From positions 32,001 through 96,000 of IMG/VR virus record IMGVR_UViG_3300033075_001196: a stretch of DNA of 64,000 bases. One strand, given 5' to 3'. The notes beneath the pieces were generated by a model. That model worked only from the letters and a program-made list of their open reading frames with translations, made no database searches and was not told the origin of the DNA. Shown here in pieces: positions 1 to 7,212 of the stretch. Each line of letters starts with the position of its first letter. The stretch's first letter is position 1. This DNA comes from a virus. Lineage: Duplodnaviria > Caudoviricetes. The position numbers were made by a program, and so were the translations under genes.

Positions 1-322
1 CAATTATATTATTTCTATACTTAGTATCTGCATCGAAATAGTATAAAATATTTTTAGTCTTATCATATCTGTGGCGACTTAGATAAGTCAGGTATGATTG
101 GCCCACTGTTGGTGCGTAATCTAATTGATCTAATTGATCTCCATAATAATATGTATTATTTTTATATATGCCTTGGATCATTTTATTTCCAACGCACAGT
201 GCAAATACTTCATCTGGAACTATTGTGGATCCTTCTCTTCTATCTAAAACTAACTTAGGATCTTCACCATATATTCCGACTAGATAATCATAATAGTCTT
301 TATACTTAGATATTATTTTCAT
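1..322 (-). CDS. Hypothetical protein, truncated by window start (MKNNISKYKDYYDYLVGIYGEDPKL...)
   Basis: ATG at 322 just after the stop of the 325..780 ORF; frame stays open to the window edge; absent from the ORF track. Confidence 0.6.
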   Translation of the reverse strand, partial: MKIISKYKDYYDYLVGIYGEDPKLVLDRREGSTIVPDEVFALCVGNKMIQGIYKNNTYYYGDQLDQLDYAPTVGQSYLTYLSRHRYDKTKNILYYFDADTKYRNNII

Positions 323-324
323 AA

Positions 325-780
325 CTAGAAATTATAAATATATTCTCCTTTATCATTAGCATGAATGGATTCCAAATGCGCAATGATGTGTCTGATCAAA
401 TATAGCCTGGGTTCAAGACAATCTTGTACACTTGGCACATCATTGTATATGGGATAAAAATAGAGCTTTCCCATTCCAGGTTGAACTAAAATCATTGGGA
501 CATGCCTATATACAATATTTTTTGATATTTTTAAAGTCTCTGGAGAATACATATCCTTCATTTGCTCTATTGCTAAACAGAGACCCTTCCGCAAGCTTGG
601 TAGGATAACAGCCTGTTTAGATTCAATTGCATGAGTATATATTTTCTTTAAATCTTTAAAGATTAATAACTGTTGTAGATATTGTTCTCGATCCATTATA
701 CTTGGATTATATTCTACAAATGTTGGGCTATCATCCTTCTGAGATGTTATAGAATTCCAGAGTTTTTTAAATATATTCAT
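325..780 (-). CDS. Hypothetical protein
   Basis: 151-aa ORF co-oriented with neighbours. Confidence 0.6.
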   Translation of the reverse strand: MNIFKKLWNSITSQKDDSPTFVEYNPSIMDREQYLQQLLIFKDLKKIYTHAIESKQAVILPSLRKGLCLAIEQMKDMYSPETLKISKNIVYRHVPMILVQPGMGKLYFYPIYNDVPSVQDCLEPRLYLIRHIIAHLESIHANDKGEYIYNF

Positions 781-804
781 AATCTTTTTTATATAATTAT
801 AAGC

Positions 805-1986
805 TTAATCATTTTCTTTTTTAGCTGCAAACAATGTTTCAAAACTCAATTGATCCAATTCTTCCAATCCCATTCCGTTATTTTGCTGCAATATTTCCAT
901 AAACTCGAATTCTTTGGTATGCCGAACTTCATCATATACTATACCATTTTCTTTAGAAAGGGTATAATATAATTTGACTTTTTCTTTACCTTTACGGTTT
1001 TTTTCAAAAATCATATATCTTTTACCTCTTTCTTTTGGATCCCACAACAATTGTAAGAATCCGGTTGTCATATGTTCCAATCTTTTTGATCCCACATATT
1101 GGCCGGATTTATTTTTTTGTTGAATGGCTAAGAAGGAGGTGTACAAATTTAATTTATTATGTCCTGAATTGTGTTTATTAAATAAATCTAACATATATCT
1201 TTCACCCTTTTTAAAAGAGTTTATGTCTAGATCTTCTTGAATCATTCCTTGGGTTTCATATAATGAATCAAGAACTACTACGTCCCAACCTTGGTCTAAC
1301 GTAGCTTGCAATGCTTGGTATGCTTTAATTTTTTGATTAGGATCTGTGACATACTCGCCTAAGAATAAGAAATCTATTTTTTCTAATCCTGGATAAAATT
1401 GAAGGAACTCTTGTACATCAATCCGAGACATTTCAGCTGATATATATAATACTCTTTTATTAACGTCAGCTTTAACAATTCCAACCAGAATATCCATTAA
1501 ATTGGATGATTTACCAATTCCCGGATCACCGGTTATCATTATATTGGTCGCCGGCAATATTCCCCCAACCCTGCTCCAGAATTTATCTAAATATTTATTT
1601 GTTTTAATTGGTGTAAATAGTCTTGGATCAAATTCCACATCTTCTAGCCGCACAGTTTCAATTACAATATCTTCAATTGGTACTTCCTCAATTGTTTCCT
1701 CATCAATTGTTGAATCTGCTGTGAATTTTCTTAATCCAATTTTCAAATCACCCTCTGCATTGTGTATTTTAATATGCAGTTTTTTGTTTTGAGCTACACT
1801 CCAAGCATGAGGTGTAATATTGGTGCTCAATTCACCAATTTGTAATACCGCCTTTCCATTATTATCAAATTTGAATTTCAATAATGATTCCACGGGATCT
1901 ATTTTTTTACCATTAGTTTGGAATTGGGAACAATCACCAATTTCTGAAAATGGGACATCTGGTCTTAAGTATATTGGTAATTCCAT
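805..1986 (-). CDS. RadA/Sms-like RecA-family ATPase with an unrelated N-terminal domain
   Basis: Walker A GDPGIGKS, LYISAE motif, Walker B VVVLDS, G.K.LEHM and KNR.G motifs typical of RadA/Sms. Confidence 0.8.
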   Translation of the reverse strand: MELPIYLRPDVPFSEIGDCSQFQTNGKKIDPVESLLKFKFDNNGKAVLQIGELSTNITPHAWSVAQNKKLHIKIHNAEGDLKIGLRKFTADSTIDEETIEEVPIEDIVIETVRLEDVEFDPRLFTPIKTNKYLDKFWSRVGGILPATNIMITGDPGIGKSSNLMDILVGIVKADVNKRVLYISAEMSRIDVQEFLQFYPGLEKIDFLFLGEYVTDPNQKIKAYQALQATLDQGWDVVVLDSLYETQGMIQEDLDINSFKKGERYMLDLFNKHNSGHNKLNLYTSFLAIQQKNKSGQYVGSKRLEHMTTGFLQLLWDPKERGKRYMIFEKNRKGKEKVKLYYTLSKENGIVYDEVRHTKEFEFMEILQQNNGMGLEELDQLSFETLFAAKKEND

Positions 1987-1988
1987 AA

Positions 1989-2270
1989 TTAAATCAAATT
2001 GTTTTTTGTTAAAAAATCAATTTCTTCCTGCTGTTCTGATTGGAATTCTTCTTCTATTGCAATTTGTGTGGCAACAACAATAACGTGTGATTCAGTTCCA
2101 TTTTTAATTCCCATCAATCTTAAGATTGATTCCAAACTAAATAAACAAGTAATGTGCATTTCTGCTAGATTGGTATTATAATATTGATCATGCCATTTAT
2201 CTATTATGGCTTGGTCATAATTGCCGTCTTTTAGAGCGGCTTCGATTTGGTTTAAAATTGATTTTAACAT
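1989..2270 (-). CDS. Hypothetical protein
   Basis: 93-aa ORF directly downstream of a promoter motif. Confidence 0.55.
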   Translation of the reverse strand: MLKSILNQIEAALKDGNYDQAIIDKWHDQYYNTNLAEMHITCLFSLESILRLMGIKNGTESHVIVVATQIAIEEEFQSEQQEEIDFLTKNNLI

Positions 2271-2293
2271 ATGCTTTATTTTTAATTACGCCA

Positions 2294-2325
2294 TAAAGAT
2301 AAATGTATATGTTCAAATAACCAAG
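2294..2325 (-). promoter_or_regulatory. Bacteroidota sigmaA-type promoter (CTTG-N20-TATCTTTA)
   Basis: Matches a motif repeated at least 8 times with a 20-21 nt spacer. Confidence 0.7.
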
Positions 2326-2460
2326 AAAATAATCGAATATTTTAGCAGATTCTATAATAGGTTGAGTATCAATGGATTATAACTACTTAAATATCAAGAG
2401 GCTATATTATAATCTTTCAACTATATATAACCCCTTGATCACCAAATATTTCAATGATTA

Positions 2461-4293
2461 TTACTTAAGTACGTTTGCTCTAACTAATTGATATCTATTA
2501 CTTCTATGCAATGATTCTAATGGAGTAAATACATCCATAATATCAATGTCTTTAAAGTTAGTTAAAAATTGCTCAATAGCAGCTGGATTTGGTGGTACCA
2601 TCATAAAATTCTCAATCCCACTAAATTGTTTAATATCTTGGGATGAATTATAAGCAACATCTATTGCTACAATAAATGGTTTAAATCCAAAATACTTTTG
2701 GCATCTTGCAAAGAAATCATTTAATGATGAACTAGCACTTCCCAAATTATTAAAATTTCCATCACTAATCAATGTCCATACTGGGAATTGTTGCAACATC
2801 TCTAACTTATTTGGATCACCACCAATCCATTGATTAATACTATCTGGAATAGAACTAACATTAGTACCATTTCCAGTCGAATGAGCATCCAAAAATGATT
2901 TAAACTCTTTAAGGTTATCCAAGAAATGTTTTTCTGGATTCATTAAAGGTTTTGCAACATCTTTGCTAGTAGCATTTATTATTGCATTTCTTGCATTAGA
3001 TTGTTTGGTAATTGAATTAAACATTCTACAAACATTACTAAATAAACCAACTATTGATCTACCAACATCATCTGGATTTTTCAATAAGCAAATTGAAGCA
3101 ATAAATGCTGCAAACTGTCTAGCACTGAATCCAAATCCACCATAACCAGAATTCATAGATCCTGAATCGTCAACAAATACTAATGTATTATATGGCAACT
3201 TTATTTTATCCAGGAATGGTTGTAATTTAACTTTATCTATAGTTCCATTAATTGTTTCTACAAACATATCTTTGAAATTAATGGCACCTGTAGTTACTTT
3301 AGCTTCCTTCTTAACTTTAACTAATGTCTCAACATCTGTTTCAGAAGCGGTTCCTTGTCTTACCTTTTCTTCTAGAACTCTTTGCTTAGATTGTGCTTCT
3401 ACTTTAGATGTTTCCCAAATTTGAAACCATTTTGCTAAATTAGTCCATTTCTCATTGATGTTTCCTTTGGCATCAAACAACCTTCTCTTAACTCGATATC
3501 TAGCTCCAGCTGGTAATTTATTCAGCCAATTGAGAAATTCTTGCTGATCAAATTCTTTAATTTTACCTGAAGAGAATAATACTGATTCAATATCACCAAT
3601 ATATTCTTTTCTCCAATTATAGTAATCAGTAAATATGGTGAATTTTTCTTTTTGATCATACTTCCAACCAATCTTGTCTGATAATGATTTAATCAATTCA
3701 GCCTTTAAATTGGCTTGAGTTTTGGTGACCGACAATAATTTTTTATGACCTGATCTCTTTGATGTTCTTGGGCGAGTTAGAAATTTAGCTAACAACATCT
3801 TATCAAATGGTGAATTGCCTTTAACAATTTTTGCTAAAAATCCAGAAATATCATCAATTTCAGATTGTTTATAAGCAACTATAGAACCTATTACCTTATC
3901 AGTTTTCCTTTGTGTTTGAACTCGATTTGCTAATAAAATATCAAATGAATTAAATTCATTGAATAATCTAGCATTCATGAATTTTACATACTGTTTGTAA
4001 TTGGTATTTTTAAGCCAATCTACAATTACTCTAAAGGCTGCTAAATTGCTTCCACCACCAGAATCAACTTTGTCTTTACCAAAAATGTTATGGGTTCTTC
4101 CTGTAATATCCCCGATAGAAAATAATAAAGAATAAAACATTTCCTTTTGTTCTAAAGTCTTGCATTCTTTAAGACATGAATCCAACACTCCTTTAGAAAC
4201 TACGCCTTTATTTCCTTCTTGAAACAACTTAAGGCAGTTAGCCATCCCATAAAATGGGTTACTATTTTTTTTATTTAATTCAATTTTCATCAT
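2461..4293 (-). CDS. TROVE/Ro60-like (DUF2828-type) helical protein with C-terminal vWA domain
   Basis: MIDAS VFVDDSGSM, G.GTN and LISDG.FN motifs; long helical N-terminal region; ATG at 4293 (MMKIELNKK) preferred over the upstream TTG at 4326. Confidence 0.75.
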   Translation of the reverse strand: MMKIELNKKNSNPFYGMANCLKLFQEGNKGVVSKGVLDSCLKECKTLEQKEMFYSLLFSIGDITGRTHNIFGKDKVDSGGGSNLAAFRVIVDWLKNTNYKQYVKFMNARLFNEFNSFDILLANRVQTQRKTDKVIGSIVAYKQSEIDDISGFLAKIVKGNSPFDKMLLAKFLTRPRTSKRSGHKKLLSVTKTQANLKAELIKSLSDKIGWKYDQKEKFTIFTDYYNWRKEYIGDIESVLFSSGKIKEFDQQEFLNWLNKLPAGARYRVKRRLFDAKGNINEKWTNLAKWFQIWETSKVEAQSKQRVLEEKVRQGTASETDVETLVKVKKEAKVTTGAINFKDMFVETINGTIDKVKLQPFLDKIKLPYNTLVFVDDSGSMNSGYGGFGFSARQFAAFIASICLLKNPDDVGRSIVGLFSNVCRMFNSITKQSNARNAIINATSKDVAKPLMNPEKHFLDNLKEFKSFLDAHSTGNGTNVSSIPDSINQWIGGDPNKLEMLQQFPVWTLISDGNFNNLGSASSSLNDFFARCQKYFGFKPFIVAIDVAYNSSQDIKQFSGIENFMMVPPNPAAIEQFLTNFKDIDIMDVFTPLESLHRSNRYQLVRANVLK

Positions 4294-4294
4294 A

Positions 4295-4350
4295 AAAATA
4301 CTTTTTTTAGTTGTTTGAAAAGACAATTTGTTTTAGTTTGTAAGTATCTT
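4295..4350 (-). promoter_or_regulatory. Leader copy of the array stem (AAGAUACUU/AAGUAUUUU, ACUUACAAA motif) abutting the vWA start codon
   Basis: Same motif as the array units but with no tRNA body; 3' arm ends 1 nt before the ATG at 4293. Confidence 0.6.
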
Positions 4351-4354
4351 AAAG

Positions 4355-4470
4355 TGCCGGAGAGGGGAATCGAACCACCTGTTACATAAATTCACATTTT
4401 ATTTGAAGTTTTATTTGTTTGTAACTATCTTTATGAGTAAGATAGTAAATACCAACATTTCAACTCCGGC
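4355..4470 (-). ncRNA. tRNA-like RNA (116 nt) with a ~45-nt insertion in the variable region
   Basis: Perfect acceptor GCCGGAG/CUCCGGC, T loop GUUCGAUUC, 7-bp anticodon-like stem CUAUCUU/AAGAUAG followed by UUACAAA; insertion closed by GUUACA/UGUAAC. Confidence 0.7.
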
Positions 4471-4484
4471 ATGTAATATAAAAT

Positions 4485-4598
4485 AAGTCACTTATTTTTT
4501 TGATCATTTATAAGATGATTGCCTAACCATTTGGCTAACTTCCTTTGTAGGAGGTATTGGATTCGAACCAATATTATTGTAGGTTTTGTAAGTGACTT
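4485..4598 (-). ncRNA. Y-RNA-like unit: terminal stem around a circularly permuted tRNA (anticodon UAU)
   Basis: AAGUCACUUA/UAAGUGACUU 10-bp stem; internal order is T arm, acceptor stem closed by an ACAA loop, D arm, anticodon arm AUCAU-CUUAUAA-AUGAU. Confidence 0.75.
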
Positions 4599-4615
4599 TT
4601 TGAGTCTTTAAAAAT

Positions 4616-4781
4616 GATCCGGGCAATTTTTTTCCAGAGCAGAATAAATAGAGCTATTGGTATTATCTCCTAATCCGTCATGTCAGTTGCGCTGACCGAG
4701 GTTCTGATGCACCAGGTTTCCCGTATTTTCATTTTATTTCGCAGAACTATCTGTTATCGGATACTGGTAGTGTTCCGGACT
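4616..4781 (-). ncRNA. Unidentified structured RNA (~165 nt) inside the array
   Basis: GC-rich relative to flanks; terminal UCCGG/CCGGA pairing, GUCAG-CGCAA-CUGAC hairpin, GUUCUG/CAGAAC helix; no ORF. Confidence 0.5.
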
Positions 4782-4854
4782 GCATACTTTAAAATTATTT
4801 TATTGATCATTTAATATCTTAGAATCTTTATTCAAAGATTGTGGTTTAAAAAAT

Positions 4855-4963
4855 GAGTTACTTGAGTTTTAAATTGCGGGAGTTGAACCCGCCTATCATT
4901 CTCCAAAAGTATGTGCCCCACCACGGGGCGAATTTTAACTGTTAGTTATTTTGTAAGTAACTC
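4855..4963 (-). ncRNA. Y-RNA-like unit: terminal stem around a tRNA-like body (anticodon UUG)
   Basis: GAGUUACUU/AAGUAACUC stem with ACUUACAAA motif; D arm GCCCC-GUGGU-GGGGC; T arm GCGGG-UUCAACU-CCCGC; no CCA. Confidence 0.72.
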
Positions 4964-4979
4964 TTTGAATTTTAAAATA

Positions 4980-5081
4980 AAGACACTTAGTTTCACAAGC
5001 TGGAATTGAACCAGCAACATTCTGCTTTGAAGGCGGACGATCTAACCAATTGATCTATTGTAATAATTTTGTAAGTGTCTT
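4980..5081 (-). ncRNA. Y-RNA-like unit: terminal stem around a tRNA-like body (anticodon UCA)
   Basis: AAGACACUUA/UAAGUGUCUU stem; D arm GAUC-AAUUGGUUA-GAUC; anticodon loop CUUCAAA; T arm GCUGG-UUCAAUU-CCAGC; no CCA. Confidence 0.75.
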
Positions 5082-5093
5082 ATATTATTTTAA

Positions 5094-5528
5094 CTATGCT
5101 TCCATAGTTGCAATTTCTGCTTCTAATTCTTTAATTTTCTCTTCAGGAGTTTTCTTTTCCTCCTTATATTGAGCTAAAATTAATTTTTTATCCTTTAAAA
5201 TTCTAGCATTTTCTTCCTTCACTTCTTTGAATTTTTTAAATCCAATTAGTAAATCCAATAGTTCAGCTTGATTTTTTAATCCAGCTAATTTGGATTGTTG
5301 ATACTCGGTCATTGACCATCTATCTAATTTAGATGTATTTTCAATTTCCTTTGAAGTAGAAATATACAATTTTTGTAAAGTATTTATTGAAGTTTCCTGC
5401 AACAACTGATGGGCATTTAATGTTGTTCCCATTGCTCCTGTTATAGTACCTCCTGAAAATAACATTGCAGTTAATAATGCATCTAATTGAGCTTTATGCT
5501 CTTTGGTAAAAGTAATTTGTTGTGCCAT
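5094..5528 (-). CDS. Hypothetical coiled-coil protein, first gene of the array transcript
   Basis: 144 aa, heptad-like C-terminus; sits between promoter 5550-5581 and the RNA array. Confidence 0.7.
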   Translation of the reverse strand: MAQQITFTKEHKAQLDALLTAMLFSGGTITGAMGTTLNAHQLLQETSINTLQKLYISTSKEIENTSKLDRWSMTEYQQSKLAGLKNQAELLDLLIGFKKFKEVKEENARILKDKKLILAQYKEEKKTPEEKIKELEAEIATMEA

Positions 5529-5549
5529 ATTTTATCTAATTTCTTAATA

Positions 5550-5581
5550 TAAAGGTAAAAAAAGATTTTCAATTAACCAAA
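5550..5581 (-). promoter_or_regulatory. Bacteroidota-type promoter (TTTG-N20-TACCTTTA)
   Basis: Repeated motif. Confidence 0.72.
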
Positions 5582-5582
5582 T

Positions 5583-5834
5583 TTATTTTTTAATTCTTTC
5601 TATTTTTAAAACTTGGGATGATGGGTATGTTGCAGTAACACAATCACAAATAGAATCTGTATATATCTTGAGCCAGTTTCCTTCTATGTAGTAATCATTC
5701 GCCTGTATAATTACACTATCAACAAGATAAACATCCCAATTATAAGGAGTAACTGGTTCATTATTTTTATTTGGTTTGTTACAACCGATTGTTAAAATTG
5801 CTAAGAAAAGTATACAAATTAATATTTTTTTCAT
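5583..5834 (-). CDS. Putative lipoprotein
   Basis: MKK plus hydrophobic stretch plus lipobox-like TIGC. Confidence 0.6.
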   Translation of the reverse strand: MKKILICILFLAILTIGCNKPNKNNEPVTPYNWDVYLVDSVIIQANDYYIEGNWLKIYTDSICDCVTATYPSSQVLKIERIKK

Positions 5835-5847
5835 TTTAATTATTTTT

Positions 5848-5939
5848 TGGTAGGGAGAAATGGATTCGAACCATTACAACAATCCGCCATCCTTGTCGAA
5901 GGGAACGCAGACCCGATATACCAATTCTCGTATCTCCCC
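5848..5939 (-). tRNA. Atypical tRNA-like gene with an elongated anticodon arm (possible Arg UCG)
   Basis: Acceptor GGGGAGA/UCUCCCU, encoded ACCA, T arm AAUGG-UUCGAAU-CCAUU; anticodon arm ~33 nt. Confidence 0.65.
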
Positions 5940-5944
5940 ATAAG

Positions 5945-5987
5945 TTTAAAAATGTGACCCGGAGTCAATATCCTTCGGCCGGGTCAC
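5945..5987 (-). terminator. Strong hairpin followed by a U-run; possible intrinsic terminator or processing site
   Basis: GTGACCCGG...CCGGGTCAC 9-bp inverted repeat followed by AUUUUU on the minus strand. Confidence 0.45.
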
Positions 5988-6005
5988 TTAATGTATTGTG
6001 TCTCT

Positions 6006-6170
6006 TTGAAAGGTTTAAGCTTATTATACAATTGATCAACCGATTAATCTTCCCCCCATTATGGTAAAATAATTTATGGATGGGGGGATGGGTTTCGAAC
6101 CCACTACTTATTGTTTTATTTGCCTTTCAATACACCGTGTACCAATAAAGATAAACCTAAAGCTCCTGAT
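6006..6170 (-). ncRNA. YrlA-like circularly permuted tRNA-mimic RNA
   Basis: Order is T arm (GUGGG-UUCGAAA-CCCAU), CCCCCCA-U-CCA, 18-nt linker, UGGGGGG, D arm (GAUU-AAUCGGUU-GAUC); flanks can pair (UUGAAAGG/CCUUUCAA); boundaries approximate. Confidence 0.68.
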
Positions 6171-6239
6171 CAACACTAACTTACGACAATTTGACTGTTA
6201 ATGTAAACATGATGCTAAGGCTATTATCAGTATCTTTTG

Positions 6240-7037
6240 TTACTTACCTTGATGTAAATAACTAAATATTTTTTCTGCTGTTAAAGTAGATTTAATTGAA
6301 TCCACTTCATTTGCAATCTTGAGAGCTTCAATAACTGCAGTCAACATTTTACTACGTCTGGCTAAAATATTCGCTCTTTCTAAGTGGGATGCTTCCCCTG
6401 AAAATCGTTGGAATGTATAATCTCCCAATTCAATTATAGTATCCTTTGTTGCCAATTGCGGTGTATACTTTGCAGCATCACCCAATTTACCAATGTTTGG
6501 ATCAGTAAGAATATATGATTCCTTTTGGGTCGATTTCTCAACACCAACTTGCATTGGAGATTCAAAAATATCTCTTGAAGCATACATGGCATTTGTAGTT
6601 TTATTCCATGTTTCTGAATCACTTCGTACTGGAATATTTTCATACATCTCCTTCAGTGATCCGTTTTCCAATAATCCCTTGAGGCGCAATAATTCCATTG
6701 AAGTTAATTCACCGAAATTAATACCATCAACAACCAATTTTGCCTTTGCAATACCAGATGAATTGGTTTTTTCTTGGGAGAATAGCGCGTCAATATATTC
6801 TGCAGCATTTTCGGCTAAATAATTGAGTTTTTCATTAACTGTGGTAACTACCAAAGTATTAGATCTCTTGCCAGGTACATCAATACTTCCAGGCTTTGGT
6901 TCATATGTGCGCTTTTCACCTTTGAAAGAGCCTTGCGCACCTTTAAAGAACTTGATATATTCTTCTAGACCTTTTTTAAATACTCCAGCCAAATGGTCAG
7001 TCTTGGCGAGCAATACATTTAATTTTAATCCCGACAT
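6240..7037 (-). CDS. Conserved-looking hypothetical protein upstream of the permuted RNA
   Basis: 265-aa ORF with helical termini. Confidence 0.75.
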   Translation of the reverse strand: MSGLKLNVLLAKTDHLAGVFKKGLEEYIKFFKGAQGSFKGEKRTYEPKPGSIDVPGKRSNTLVVTTVNEKLNYLAENAAEYIDALFSQEKTNSSGIAKAKLVVDGINFGELTSMELLRLKGLLENGSLKEMYENIPVRSDSETWNKTTNAMYASRDIFESPMQVGVEKSTQKESYILTDPNIGKLGDAAKYTPQLATKDTIIELGDYTFQRFSGEASHLERANILARRSKMLTAVIEALKIANEVDSIKSTLTAEKIFSYLHQGK

Positions 7038-7058
7038 AATTTGTAAAGTTTAGTATAA

Positions 7059-7211
7059 TTAATTAGTTAAAAATATTTTCAGAGTTTTACCATCATCCTG
7101 TAAATCTGCTTCCACCTTGACTCCATATCTGACAAGAATTCTACCGTTAGATTCTGGGTCGGTGTGAGTATGATCAATTACTTCAAATCGAGTTACTTTT
7201 TCTAAATTCAT
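7059..7211 (-). CDS. Small hypothetical protein (MNLEKVTRFEVIDH...)
   Basis: Internal ATG at 7211 removes the overlap with the upstream gene. Confidence 0.55.
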   Translation of the reverse strand: MNLEKVTRFEVIDHTHTDPESNGRILVRYGVKVEADLQDDGKTLKIFLTN

Positions 7212-7212
7212 T

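Noticed and set aside
121-140. Tandem CTAATTGAT repeat
   Set aside because: Only two copies, in-frame coding (DQLDQLD)
4294-4326. N-terminal extension MSFQTTKKSIF of the vWA ORF
   Set aside because: The TTG start lies inside the leader stem-loop; the ATG at 4293 is more plausible
4295-5081. Repeat array as CRISPR
   Set aside because: Repeats are ~14 nt, vary with compensatory pairing, are irregularly spaced and enclose tRNA-like bodies; no cas operon
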